Below, in pieces: positions 49,951-63,430 of a stretch of DNA of 64,000 bases. Made by a program: the position numbers and the translations under genes. The stretch lies in the NCBI GenBank assembly GCA_951406725.2, contig OX597817.1, positions 102,920,001-102,984,000 on the forward strand, in the 5' to 3' direction. The notes beneath the pieces were generated by a model. That model ran no database searches. It had not been told where the DNA came from and was given only the letters and a program-made list of their open reading frames with translations. This DNA is from Octopus vulgaris. Taxonomy: Eukaryota. The stretch's first letter is position 1. Every line of letters begins with the position of its first letter.

Positions 49951-51503
49951 ACTGCTCAGTGCACCTCTAATTAATGTTGACTGAGTTATTTAGAATACCT
50001 TTTTTTTTTAATTTCATTTTCCATAAGCTTTTTTGCATGAAAAAAAAATCATATATTCATTTGAGATTTATAAAGTGTAAGAAACCAAACATAAAGTTAA
50101 ATTTCACTAATATAGATGATTGAATGACTTTCATAACTTTTAACTGCAGTGAAGATATTAAAATATGATGATGAGCATGGGGAGTGGTATGGGCAATTCA
50201 GTTGTGCCTCTTTGTGTTTTGATTTCAAATACTGCCTGACTTGATTTTGTCATTTATCCTTCTTGGGTCAAGAAAACAGGTACCAGTAATATACTATCAT
50301 TAACCAAATTGACCATATTTCTTCTCTGGAAATATGTGGCCTTGTGTCAATGTTAGTAATTAATAAGTAATTAATATTATGCTACCACAATGTAATTGTT
50401 CAAAATTACTAACCAATAAACAACATCACATACAAAATATATTGAAGCTCTTTCATGTTTCCTTGATAAAGAATCTTGTATCAAAAACATATTTTAATTG
50501 TGTGGCTGGGTTTTTTTAGTCCATAATTTCCTGTTACAGCGACCTCTTGGATTTGTTTCCAAGGTTACTATTGTGACATAAGTGCTTTCAGAGAGAATCT
50601 AGCAGCAGAGTGTAAAACAGGATATTGTTGAAGCACTGTCTGGGTATTTAAAGAATTTGTATACTCCAAGTAAATTACATTTAGGTTCAGCAGAGCTCAT
50701 AAAGGGAAATGAATATATTCTTTGTCATACAATGATGCTCTTTTCAATTTCCAATCAGAATTCCTTCACTTTCATTGAATCCATGTCTTAGTTTTATATT
50801 TCCTCTCTTATGAATGTCTGTGAGAAATCCTTTAAATCTGTTCAGATATTTCATATTGTTGCTTTACAATTAGAAATTTAGTTGTTCAGGACTGACTTCA
50901 TCCATTCATTCTATATTAGTCAGAAACCATTTCTAAATGCCATTACACTGTAATGGAACTTATTGCATTTCATTTCTTTCTCTTTCAGTTCATATAAGAA
51001 AGATCTTCCTTCTTTCTTCTTTTATTTTTCTCTGTTAGATTTATAAAGGTTTAGAAGCTTATATCATCATGAGATATTAAATAACCCCTGTGTGTGTGTG
51101 TGTAATATAATATATATGTATGTATATATATATACACACACACACACAGTTATTCTATTTCTATATAGACTAAAACTTTTCCATTGCAAAATGAAATGTT
51201 TAATTTAAGGAATCCTTTTTTAAAGGGATTTGATGTATTAGTCATAAACCTCTGACAGATCTCCCTCACCCATACTTCTCATCTGCTTACATAGAAGACT
51301 AGAAACATCATTAACTTGATATGACTATCTTATTGACCTAGTTATAGTTTATGAAACATTTGAAAAGGACCAACTGAAATTTAGAAACCTACCACTTTTA
51401 CAAATTATAACTATGTCAAAAATATTTCTTGTCTTGAGATTAATAATGATAGCTCTGAAATAGGAAAGAATTTGATAAAAAAGATATATAATCATCAATA
51501 AGA

Positions 51504-51589
<86 letters not shown>
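51504..51589. repeat. (TG)n microsatellite
   Basis: Direct repeat. Confidence 0.95.
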
Positions 51590-51591
<2 letters not shown>

Positions 51592-51782
51592 ATGCAATGA
51601 AAATGTCCTCTCTATACCATGACTATGTAAACCATATACTATCATGTACATATTGTAACTTTGTCTTCCATTGTGCTTTTTTTTATTAAAATTGCTTAAC
51701 ACTTGTCTCTTGAAATAAAATAACTCTGCTTTCAACAGATCTCTTTCTGCAAAAGCAATTCTCTGTATCTCTCTCTACTTTC

Positions 51783-51839
<57 letters not shown>

Positions 51840-52196
51840 CCATATGTACTGGTGTATAAGATGGCTGGGCATATATCTAGTTTTTAAGACAAGTGTTAGT
51901 CATGTCAGCCAATAGCCAAGCTAACAATTTCATGTAGTACATTACAGGTCATAAAAGTCCACCTTTTATACCTGGTGTATTAGACAGCACCATAATTTAA
52001 GGAGATTTTTTAAGACTAAAAGAATGTATTATACACTGATGTATATGTGTATGTGTGTATGTATTATTCATCCTTTGTATTTGCTTCTGATAATAAATAT
52101 ATTTTTACAGAACACATTGTTTTGTGTTATTTTTCACTCAAATTTGGTGGCTAAACTAACCATGTATTTCTGTATATTTTACACACACACGCACGT

Positions 52197-52238
<42 letters not shown>

Positions 52239-52309
52239 GCACGTGCGTGCATGCACATATATACATGCACACTATATCAAAAACAAAATTTCCACTGAAT
52301 GAATTTTAA

Positions 52310-52525
52310 GACTTTAGCATTCAGATTATGTCAAATGTAATACTAATTTATTCACATTGTTTAGAATTAATCATGCATTATCTCACAGTTTCTAGATTTT
52401 GGTGATGTGTAAGATTATTTTTAAAATGACTTTGTAAGGTAAGTGTGAGAGACAGGATCTGGTTAGTTTGAACATAAAACAGGTAGAATATATGAATCAA
52501 ATATGGCTGGGTAAATGCTAAAGGA
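52310..52525. mobile_element. piggyBac-type MITE
   Basis: TTAA flanks (52306-52309, 52526-52529); TIR ctttagcatt / aatgctaaag. Confidence 0.7.
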
Positions 52526-52749
52526 TTAAAGAAAATGTGACTAAAGTTTGACACACATTGCATCAATTAAAGTAGATATAAACTTCCAAGAAAAATAAAT
52601 TGTTAGGTTTATATTGAAAGATTTATCATTACTGTAGTTGTCAGGAAACAAGTCAGTTTGATGAGCTCAATCTACTCCACTCTATTTTCTCTAATACCAG
52701 TAAATGCAGCAGCCTCTGGTTTTCAGAGTTTGTTGGTTCTATGATGCAT

Positions 52750-52888
52750 CCATTCCACCACTTTTGTCTTATTCATCAGTCATATTGTGTTCCATTCCAC
52801 CACTTTTGTCTCACTCATCAGTCATATTGTGTTCCACTCCACCACTTTTGTCTCACTCATCAGTCATATTGTGTTCCACTCCACCACC
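52750..52888. repeat. 42-bp minisatellite, ~3.3 copies
   Basis: ccattccaccacttttgtctcactcatcagtcatattgtgtt repeated. Confidence 0.92.
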
Positions 52889-53370
52889 GAATCCATACTA
52901 ACTACTAAGTCCAGTCCTTTCTCTTAAAATCTCAGTTCTTTGCCTATGTTTTACGTATGGCTGCTAACTTACAATTATTTAGAAGAACATTAACTGCTAT
53001 GATTCTTGCAGTCTCAGAGGAGCTATGAAGGCCACAAATTGCCTTTCTTATCAAATTAAGCCAACAAATATTTTTATTAATAAGGCAAGAAGTAGAAATG
53101 GATAATCCCAGATCTTTATTCACTCTGTCATGTACCCTACTTCAAGTATATGATTTTGATGACTTTTACAATAGCATGTTCTGATTTAAGTACCAGGAAT
53201 CATCCCTGTGATTAGCTGTTCAATGATAGAAACAAATGGTAACTTGTGCTTGCGATTTGTTTCCATAAGAGCAGCACTCAGTTGTCAGGTTTTCTGTTTC
53301 AGCTAGTTTTTTGAACCAGCAGTGCATATATGCAAACTGCTACCTCTTGTAAAAACTGTTTGTGTATATA

Positions 53371-54652
53371 TTGGGTCATCCTATAAATAATGCAGTTTTT
53401 ACAATTGCATGCACTAAAAGTCGGAGAGGGATGAGATAAACTACCTGCATCAACTTACTATAAAAGCAGGTAGTAATTTTACTTTGTACTTATTCTTAGT
53501 GCACGTTTTGAAGAGTGCAGTTCACTTTTAACAGTTATTTTTTCAAAGCTATAATGGAAGTGACAAAGGAGCATATTCGACATATTTTGCTTTATAAGTT
53601 CAATAAAGGCAACAACGCAACAGAAAGTGCACGGAATATTAATGCAGTATATGGGGATTGGACAATAAGCATAAGCCAGAGACAACAGTTCCAAAAATTC
53701 CAAGCTAGAAATTACAGCCTAGAAGACAAGCCTCATCCTGGAAGATCTGTAGAGCTCAATGAGAATGTCCTGCAAACCCTGGTGGAACAAAATCCCATTG
53801 TAACTTTTGAGGAACTAGTAGAGATGCTTGGATTTGGTCATTCAACCATTCATCGACACCTGCGTGCCATTGGAAAAGTCAGCAAATTGGGTCAATGGGC
53901 TCCTCACAAACTTTCCAAGTCTAATCACATGCAGAGAGTGAATGTGTGCTCTTCTTTGCTGTCAAGTCTCACAAATTAACCTTTTGGAGATTGAATAGTG
54001 ACTGATGACAAGAAATGGGTTCTCTATAAAAATGTCAAGTGCCGAAGACAGTGGGTAGGAAGAGGAGAAACACTGGCACCCCAGGCTAAAGAAGGTTTTC
54101 ATCCACATAAGGTGTTGTTTTCTGTTTGGTGGGATATTAAATATTTAGTTCACTTTGAACTTTTAAATCCAAACCAAACGATAACAAAGGAAATCTACTG
54201 TGAGCAATTTGAGTGGTTTTAGTCAGCGCTAGAAGAAAAATGACCAACTTTGGTTTCAAGACACAAGGTGTTCTTCCATCAGGATAATGCTTGGCCACAT
54301 ATAGCGAGGATGACATTCCAAAGGCTGGAACAGTCTGAATGGGAAACGAAGCCCCACCCACCATATTTGCCAGACATTTCCCCATCTGATTATCATTTAT
54401 TCCTCAGTTTTCAAAATCATTTGAACAGAAAAAATAGGAATTCTGTAGACCAGCTCAGAGCAGTACTGAAGGAATATTTTTTGTCATGAACAAGTGAATT
54501 TTGGAAGAGGGGCCTTGCAAGTCTACCAGGTAGATGGTAGAGCATTGTAGAAAATGAAGGTGAGTATATTTTAGATTAAAAAAGACCTTCTTATCTTAAT
54601 TTTGAAAAATAAAAGAAGTATTAAAAAATGCATTATTTATGAGACGATCCAA
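53371..54652 (+). mobile_element. Mariner family 2, full length, decayed transposase (~53553-54579)
   Basis: TIRs with TA flanks; MEVTKEHIRHILL, WAPHKL, TDDKKW, HQDNAWPH and YLPDISPSD motifs with stops. Confidence 0.93.
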
Positions 54653-54945
54653 TACAATAGAATTTCATTGCCATAGACACATTTTCTTCATTTTGGAAGA
54701 TTTTATTACATTTTTTATTTGGTACTTCAAAGATATATAACATTTTTATTTTATTTCATTAAAAATTTATTTTCATCTTTGTTGGGGTTTCATAATGTTT
54801 TTAATTTCCATTCATTAAATTCTTTTGATAAAATAGAATTTATCTGACTGGCAAAAATTTCAAGTTTAAAGGTTTGTAACTTTGTTTATTAATAATTTGT
54901 GTCAAAAATGGATATGATTTTTGGGTAGTATGAAAAACTATATCA

Positions 54946-57112
54946 ATCAGCATCATCATCATCGTTTAATATCCGCTTTCCATGCTAGCATGGGTTGTAC
55001 GATTTGACTGAGGACTGGCAAACCAGACAGCTGCACCAGGCTCCAATCTGATCTGGCAGAGTTTCTACAGCTGGATGCCCTTCCTAACGCCAATCACTCC
55101 GAGAGTGTAGTGGGTACTCTTACATGCCACCGGCACAAGGGCCAGTCAGGCAACGCTGGTAACAATCACGCTCGAATGGTGCTTTTTACGTGTCACAGGT
55201 ATGGAAGCCAGTCAGCTGCTCTGGCAACGGTCATGCTTGGATGGTGCTCTTAGCACTTCACTAGCACAGATGCCAGTCATCGAATTTGATTTCAATTTCA
55301 CTTGCCTCATTGGTGTCCAATGAAGGAAAGGTACGCATAAGTGGGCTGGTTACACCCCTGGCATAAGCCACAAGGTTATGGTCTCACTTAGCTTGCTGGT
55401 TTTTCTCAAGCACAACATATTTCCAAAGGTCTCAGTCACTAGTCATTGCTTCAGTGTGGCCTAATGTTCAAAGGTCGTGCTTCACCATTTCATCCCAGGA
55501 GGTCTTCCTGGGTCTACCTCTTCCACAGGTTCCCTCAACTGCTAGAGTGTGGCACTTTTTCAAACAATTATCTTCATCCATTCTCACCACATGACCATAC
55601 CAGTGCAGTTGTCTCTCTTGCACACCACATCTGATGCTTCTTAGGTCCAACTTTTCTCTCAAGGTACTTACACTCTGTCGAGTATGCTCATTGACATTAC
55701 ACATCCATCGGAGCATACTGGTTTCATTCCTTGTGAGCTTACGCATGTCCCCAGCAATCACAGCCCATGTCTCACTGTCATGTAACATGGCTGTTCGTAC
55801 ACATGCGTCATACAATCTACCTTTTACTCTGAGTGAGACGCCCTCTGTCACCAGCAGAGGTAAGAGCTCTCTGAACTTTGCTCAGGCTATTCTTATTCTA
55901 GCAGCTACACTTTCAGTGCACCCTCCCCTGCTACTGACTTGGTCACCTAGGTAATGGAAGCTATCAACTACTTCTAGTTTTCCTCCCTGGAATGTGGCCG
56001 AAGTTGTTTTCTGCACATTTTCAGTGTTTACTGCTCCTGAGCATCTGCCACACAAAAACTATCTTCTCAGTTAGCCTTCCTTTGATATTGCTACACCTCT
56101 TATGTGTCCATAGCTTACACTGGGTACATCTTGTAGAGTTTCTACCTACACCTTTTCTACAGATCAAGCAGGGCCATCTAGCTGAATGGATTTGTGGTTT
56201 GCCTGCCTTTCTACTTATTAGGACTTTGGTTTTAGCTAGGTTGACTCTAGGCCCTTCGATTCTAATCCTTGTTTCCACATTTGAAACTTCTCTAGTTCTG
56301 ATAGTGACTCAGCAATTAGAGCAAGGTCATCAGCATAGAGGAGCTCCCAAGGGCATCCTGTCTTGAATTTCTCTGGAGGACTATGATAAATAGGAGGGGG
56401 CTGAGGACTGAGCCTTGGTGGACCCTACCTCTACCCGGAATTCTTCACTGTACTCGTTGCCAATCCTCACTTTACTGGCAGCGTTCCTGTACATGGCTTG
56501 CACAGCTTTCACTAACCATTCATCTATCTCTAGTTTCCTCATTGAGATAAAGGATTGGGGGACCCTGTCAAAGGCTTTCTCCATGTCAACGAAAGCCAGG
56601 TACAGAGGTTTATCTTTGCCTAGGTATTTCTCCAGCGGCTGTCTTACAGGAAATATAGTATCAGTGGTGCTTTTCCCAGGCACGAACCCAAACTGCATCT
56701 CATCTAAACTCACTTTCTCCCGAATTAGTTGAGCTATGACCTTCTCCATGACCTTCATTACCTGATCCAACAACTTGATACCTCTGTAATTATTTGTATC
56801 TAAAGCATCACCTTTACCTTTGTAGCAGTTGACTATAGTGCTGCTACACCAGTCATTGGGTATGACTCCTTCGTGTATCACCTGGTTAACTATACGGGTG
56901 ACTAGGCTATAGCTGACACTGCCAGATATTTTGAGCATCTCTACAGTGATTCCTGATGGGTCAGGGACTTTCCCTGTCTTCATACTCTTAATTGCTTTAT
57001 CTACCAAGGTACTGTCAACTCGGATAGCTGGTCCCTATGTTGGGTCGACATTCGGCAAACTCTCTTTCTCCTATTCATTTTCTTTATTGAGCAACCTTTC
57101 ATAGTGGCAATG
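54946..57112 (-). mobile_element. RTE-clade LINE, 5'-truncated, decayed
   Basis: YRGIKLL, QFGFVPGKSTTD, FVDMEKAFDRV, LLYADDL, W.GHV.RM...RGRPRKTW motifs; (GAT)n tail at ~54946-54963. Confidence 0.93.
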
Positions 57113-58598
57113 TAGAAAATATGAACAAAATCAGATAGGGAAAACAAAACTGCATAGATCTGATATCTATTAGAAAGCTGGTAAAGCTTATGGAGATTCG
57201 ACATGGTCACTCAACCTGGTGTAGATAGCTGTCAAATTCTTCCAAATATCACCCTACCATCTTAGGAAAAAATGAATTCATTGGTCCTAAATGAAAATAG
57301 ACTGAAATGCCTTTGATCATATATTTAATTACCTAGTAGTAAACCTGGGTCTAAACATGTACAAACACCACTGTAGTTTGTTCGATGTTTCTTCAGAATT
57401 TGTTTCATTGATCAAAATACAATTTGTTACAATGTCTTCCACTGGTTAGTGGTACAAAATGTTATCTGCTCACTTTATGAAAAGAAAAATATCAAAAATA
57501 TATAAGTTTGGAAAAATAAATATTATTTTGAAATTTGGTTGTTTGTTTCATTGATAAAAGGAAATTGGAGAAAATTACTCAAACTGACAACAAGCATAAT
57601 TACAATAAGTGCTTTCTTGAGAAATTATCATGAAAATGGTGTACATACGTTGAATATAAATAAACATGTGCTTTGTCTTGTGGCTATTACAAAGTTCAGT
57701 GCCTGACAGTAACTAGGAATATAACCCCAGATGGAAATAAGATTTTAGGAATTTCTAGAAATTGATGTTTTAATAATTTAAAATAAAGGTTTGTGTGGAG
57801 GAGTCTTTGCTTTTGATGGCTGATATTTGAAGGCAATCATTTTGTGCAAGTTAATTTTTTCCAATGGAAATGTGAGGGATTAACAGAGCAGAGGAATAAT
57901 GTAAAGATAAGTGTCTATCTTTTGTTATCAAAAAATAATACTAATAATAATTAAGAATTGATGAAAATAATTTGCCAATATGTTGGGTAGTGTATTGTTA
58001 GGTGTTGTGGTTTGGAAATTGAATAGGCACAAAAGTTCACTGGTCTCTAAAGTTTCCTATATGTATAGATTATGTTGAGGGATTAGTAAAGTAAGATATT
58101 TTGATATTTTAGGGACAGAGACAATAGCAAAGACTATTACAGGAAGTTTATATTTTCTATTTCAACAAAAACCCACAGCCTGAAGATTTCTGCCCAGGAT
58201 GAGATGAAATTATAAGCCTCTGGGAAACACAGAACTGTGCAAAAGCTATAATAAAATTGTTACACTAGAAATGTATTGAGTTTTTTCATTAAAACAGTCA
58301 TATATATATATATATATATATACTTTATTTGTATTAAGGCTGCAATTGGTTTCATGCAATATGCCCTCAACAATTATGAAGCCTATCACAGGGAACATTG
58401 GTGTTCGTCTCCACTTTTGATTAATCCAAAATTATTTGTATTAATCCTTAACATGAAATCAATGGTAGCCTTAATATACAAATAACAAGTCTTTATCAAC
58501 CAATGCAGTGTTGAATACTCATTCTCATTTTTTGATTCTTACATATATATTTATACCAGCATGGACAGTGGATGTTAAAAATGATTTTATATATATAA

Positions 58599-58653
<55 letters not shown>

Positions 58654-58762
58654 TAATAAATGAAAGGGTATCTGGGAATCCAGGCAGTTATCTCAGTAAT
58701 ATCTCCTGTGAACACTGTGTCTAAGATTGAATAGTGAGGGAAGATCTCTTCAGTAGAAATAT

Positions 58763-59223
58763 TACCATAAATCCTCAAGTATAGTCCACCCTTGAGTATA
58801 ATACGCAGGGGATTTTTAGGGGCTGTACCTCTGAAAAATCTAAACATTGTGAATAATATGCACCTCTTGGTTTGTAAAAATGTATACGGTAACATCCTTT
58901 ATTATTATTGTATATATAACATAGTGCAAACGTGTAGCTTTTTTGTGCATTTTGTTAGCAGAAAATAAAGAAATAACAGTAATAACGTTTAATAAATGTT
59001 GCTTATTGCAAGTTATGGATGATTCTTTTAGGACTTCATTGCTTTCAGGCTTAGCTTAAGGTATTTTCGTGCTCGACATCACAAAATGCCAGACAGCAAA
59101 TAGAGACTCGAACATTGCTTAGAAAATAATTTTCAGTTTTAACCTCGCATATAGTATGCACTAGGGATTTTGACCTTTAAATTTTGGGGAAAAAATGCGG
59201 ATTATACTTGAGGATTTATGGTA
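58763..59223. mobile_element. Tigger/pogo-like MITE
   Basis: Perfect TIR taccataaatcctcaagtata / tatacttgaggatttatggta. Confidence 0.85.
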
Positions 59224-59880
59224 GTTTCACACAAACTGAAAATCCAGGAAGTTACCTTCAGTTGCAGAGTATGAAATAACAAGCAAAGAATGGAACTGGT
59301 ATCACATATATTCCATAGTTTACAGGTGTTCCAACAACATGTGGGTGACAATTTGTATAAGTTGGTAAACATAAAAGAGAGCAATGATTATGTAAAATAG
59401 ATTATATAATATTGATTATGTAATGAAAGACCCATCTCATCATAATGCTAGTGAATAAATAAATTTATATATTTATTCACCATAGTGAACATATCATCAT
59501 TACCCTCTTCCAAGTTTATTACATGATCTATCATTTGTATGTTATTTGAAACAGCTGTAAAATGTGGAATAAGTATGATGCCAAAATCACCATTCTTCAC
59601 TTGTTATATAAGCATACATATATAAATATATGTGTGAATATAATATCATCATTATTCTCCTTTTCATTATTGACCACATTATTATTAGATACATTTTCCA
59701 ATTTCACAGATATGTTTCATTGACATATTTTGATTTTCTTTGAAGTACATAGCTTCTTATATCTTAGTGCTCAACAAACATTCTAAAAAAGCACTTTTAA
59801 TTCAATACAAGTTACATTTCATTTTACTATCAATATTTATCAATGAAATTTATGTAGAAATCTTTATACTCACATTCTCT

Positions 59881-59917
<37 letters not shown>

Positions 59918-59939
59918 TGCACTCCCCCCAAAAGGGAGA

Positions 59940-60421
59940 AACAGTTAACTTTCAAGGTTGACAAAATAAGTACCAGTTGAGCACTGAGGTCAATATAATT
60001 GACTTACCTCTCCCCTAAAAAATTCTTAGCAACATCTGAAGAAGGAATTTTTATATTCTGAAATATTATATCAGACTACGAATAATTAAATTATAACAGT
60101 TATTATAGTCCACTCTGCTTTGTTGTACCATTCAAGACATGTTATATTTTACAAACACAATGCTTCCAGCGAACTACAATACTTTCCTATTATTATTATC
60201 ATTATTATTACTATTATTATTATTATTAAGGCGGTGAGCTGGCTGAATTGTTAGCAGTGTTTTGTCTGTTGCTATGTTCTGAGTTCAAATTCCACTGAGG
60301 TCGACTTTGCCTTTCATCCTTTCAGGGGTTAATTAAATAAGTAGCAGTTATGCTCTGCGCTTGATGTGATTGACTTAAACCCTTCCCCAAAATTTGAGGC
60401 CTTGTGTGCCCAGTAGAAAAG

Positions 60422-60453
<32 letters not shown>

Positions 60454-60868
60454 GGTGGTGAGCTGGCAGAATTGTTAACATGCTGGATGAAATGCTTAGT
60501 GGTATTTTGCCCATCACTGCGTCCTGAGTTCAAATTCCACTGAGGTCAACTTTGCCTTTCATCCTTTTGGGGTTGATAAATTAAATACCAGTGAAACACT
60601 AGGGTCGATGTAATCAACTAGTATCTTCCCCCATATTTCAGGCCTTGTGCCTATAGTAGAAAGGATCATTATTATTATTATTATTAATGTGGTGAGCTGA
60701 CAGAATCATTGGCATGCTGGACAAAATACTTAGTGGTATTTTGCCTATCGCTACATTCTGAGTTCAAATTCTGCCAAGATCAACTTTGTCTTTCATCTTT
60801 TCAGGGTTGATAAATTAATTACCAGTGAAACTTTGGAGTTGATGTAATTGACTAGTCCCCTCCCCACA
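59940..60868 (+). mobile_element. Head-to-tail array of SINE family B copies separated by (ATT)n
   Basis: Copies at ~59940-60020 (partial), 60228-60422, 60452-60665 and 60687-60868. Confidence 0.88.
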
Positions 60869-60869
60869 A

Positions 60870-61380
60870 ATATACAAAGTCCCAATATATCCATCATGAC
60901 CACACATCTGATAAGGGTACACCAGGCACATGCATCACAACCACATGTGTCTGACATGGTGACCTCATATCAAGGTAACCAGTGCATGACCTTGCAGGTG
61001 GAACTCAGAATGTTCTTCAGGCCAAGTAGCTCATCCTGCTAAAAAGGTCCCTGAATAAGAGTTGTTTAAAGATGATGAATGAAACAGCCATGTTACCAGA
61101 GATAAATTACTCAAACCCCAAAGAATTCCTCTCAATACATGGCTCTGATGCTCCCCAACTACTTCTGCTTGTGATCAGAGATGCACATATCGTCAGCCAC
61201 CAAAAAACATGTTTAACTGGTTATGATCAAGCAACTGACAAGCAAATCTATAGTATTGAGCAAAATATTTACTGTAGCCCATCTTTTACACCAAGACAAA
61301 ACATGTACGTTATAACACTTCCAATCATTTGAAATCAAAAGCCATGAGAGCCACTGCCTGGTATTGCATCAGGGCATTTA
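60870..61380 (+). mobile_element. Second copy of the 9790-10350 repeat, followed by (ATT)n
   Basis: Colinear similarity throughout. Confidence 0.8.
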
Positions 61381-61421
61381 TTATCATTATTATCATTATT
61401 ATTATTATTATTATTATTATC

Positions 61422-61624
61422 TAGTGAACGATATTTCGACATCTTGTGTGTTTTCAATTGGTTTAAAAAATAATTTTGTCAATATACTTCATTTTGGTTA
61501 ATATATAAAGGATTGAGGTTGAAGACACACAAGATGTCAAAATATCATTCAGTAGATAACAAAGGCACTCTTTTAATTTTGACTCTATATCTTCTGGAGG
61601 AGTACCTCAATCCTTCATATATTA
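61422..61624. mobile_element. PLE-like remnant with two interleaved inverted repeats
   Basis: 61422-61456 versus 61519-61555 and 61498-61519 versus 61603-61624; GACA..TGTC-GAAATATC hammerhead-like half. Confidence 0.45.
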
Positions 61625-61865
61625 TTATTATTATTATAATTATTATTCATACTTATTACATCCATCTTTAGATATCATAGATATGTTTTGATTACTTTCT
61701 TTGAAATACATAACTCCCTCTCCCTCTCACTCTCTCTATCTCTCTTTCTTTCTCTCTCATTCATTTTCAGCAACCACTTGTTGTAATAACTGGAATACAA
61801 TATATATATAACATACTAGAGATATGTAAGGACATAAAACAGTCTGTTTATATTGTCACATTGGC

Positions 61866-61920
<55 letters not shown>

Positions 61921-62647
61921 TATGACTACAAACATATAGTCACACATAATTTTTATATACAGTATATGGATGAAATTTTGGTGGTTTTTCATTTCAAGTA
62001 CTCCTTGAAAAAGAAATATAATTCTGAAGGAAAAAGTATAACACACAAAACACACACACACACACACACACACTTTATAATCACCCACACAAATATATGA
62101 GTTCACACTTATGATTGAAATGGGTTAATAAATACAATTTCACATAATGTATCTACTTGTTAGATTGTCATTTTTTTTGATTTACAGAGAAAGGATTATA
62201 GAGATGTGTGATATTTTCATGCTTTTCCCATGGATATTGGCCATGTAAGTGAACTGGAATGGATACATCAAGGATTTGAAACAGAGTTGTGTGGTCAGCT
62301 CATTGACTGCTTACTCTGTTTATCTAAAGAGACTGGCTTTTTCAGGTGTACATATGGCATGGTCATTTATACTTTGGTCATCAGCATACGAACAAAAACT
62401 GGACTGTGGATATGAAATTGTTGAGGGAGGCTGCATTTCAATGTTGCCGTCTTTACAATCCTCTCGACTCGCTGAAGAAAAGGAAGCAGTTTGGTATTTA
62501 CATAATTGAATATGATCATATGAAAAATATAAACAACAAACATAATTCATAATGAGTACATGAGGTGCATATACATGTGTGTGTGTGTGTGTGTGTATTT
62601 CTCTGTCTCTCTGTATATATGTGTGCGTTTGTGTGTATGTGCGTGTC

Positions 62648-62679
<32 letters not shown>

Positions 62680-62779
62680 AATATGAGAAAGGTTGTGTAA
62701 TTAAGTAGCTATCAATTTATACGAGTCTCTGTATGCCACTTAATTATGTACAGATGCATTGTGTGTATGTATATGTCAA

Positions 62780-63418
62780 CATCATCATAATCATTTAATG
62801 CCTATTTTCCATGCTGGCATGGAGGCTAGTATGCTCTACTGGATGTGTAATGTGCATGTACATGTGTGATTGTGTGCTTACTGTATTGAAAGAGAAGTTA
62901 GGTATAAGAGGAATTAGATGCAGTGTGCAAGAGAGAAGACTGCACTGGTTTGGTCATGTGATGCAGATGAATACCAACAACTCCATAAAGAAGTGTCATT
63001 CACTCAAAGTGGATGGAATTCATGGAAGAGGGAGATCCAGAAAGACATGTGACAAAGTATTGAAGGACAACTTCAGAATGTTGAATCTTTAAGATGAGAT
63101 GACAAAGGACTGAAATACCTGGTACATTGATGAACTCAAGAAGACCCGTCCTCCACAGCAGAAGCATTAAGGCTGCATCCCCTGGTAAAGAGGATTGGCC
63201 TGTAAGAGTCTTGTGCCAGTGCCACATAAAAACATGCTGGTAGCACGCTAAAAGCACCCAGAACACACTACAAAGTGGTTGGCAATAGGAAGGGCTTCAA
63301 CTGTAAAAACCAAGCCAAATCAGATTGGAACCTGGTGCAGTTCTCCAACTTACCACCTCCTGTCAAATTGTCCAATACACACCAACATGGAAAACAAATG
63401 TTAAAGGATGATGATGAT
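62780..63418 (+). mobile_element. RTE LINE 3' fragment (with a short inverted tail piece at 62780-62825)
   Basis: LKEKLGIRGIRCSVQERRLHWFGHVMQM...RGRSRKT; (GAT)n tail at ~63407-63418. Confidence 0.85.
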
Positions 63419-63430
63419 TTTATATATATA

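Noticed and set aside
53515-54489. SETMAR-like domesticated gene
   Set aside because: Ordinary TIR-flanked mariner with multiple stops and no SET domain.
55446-56732. Plus-strand ORFs over the RTE element
   Set aside because: Antisense shadows of the RT coding sequence.
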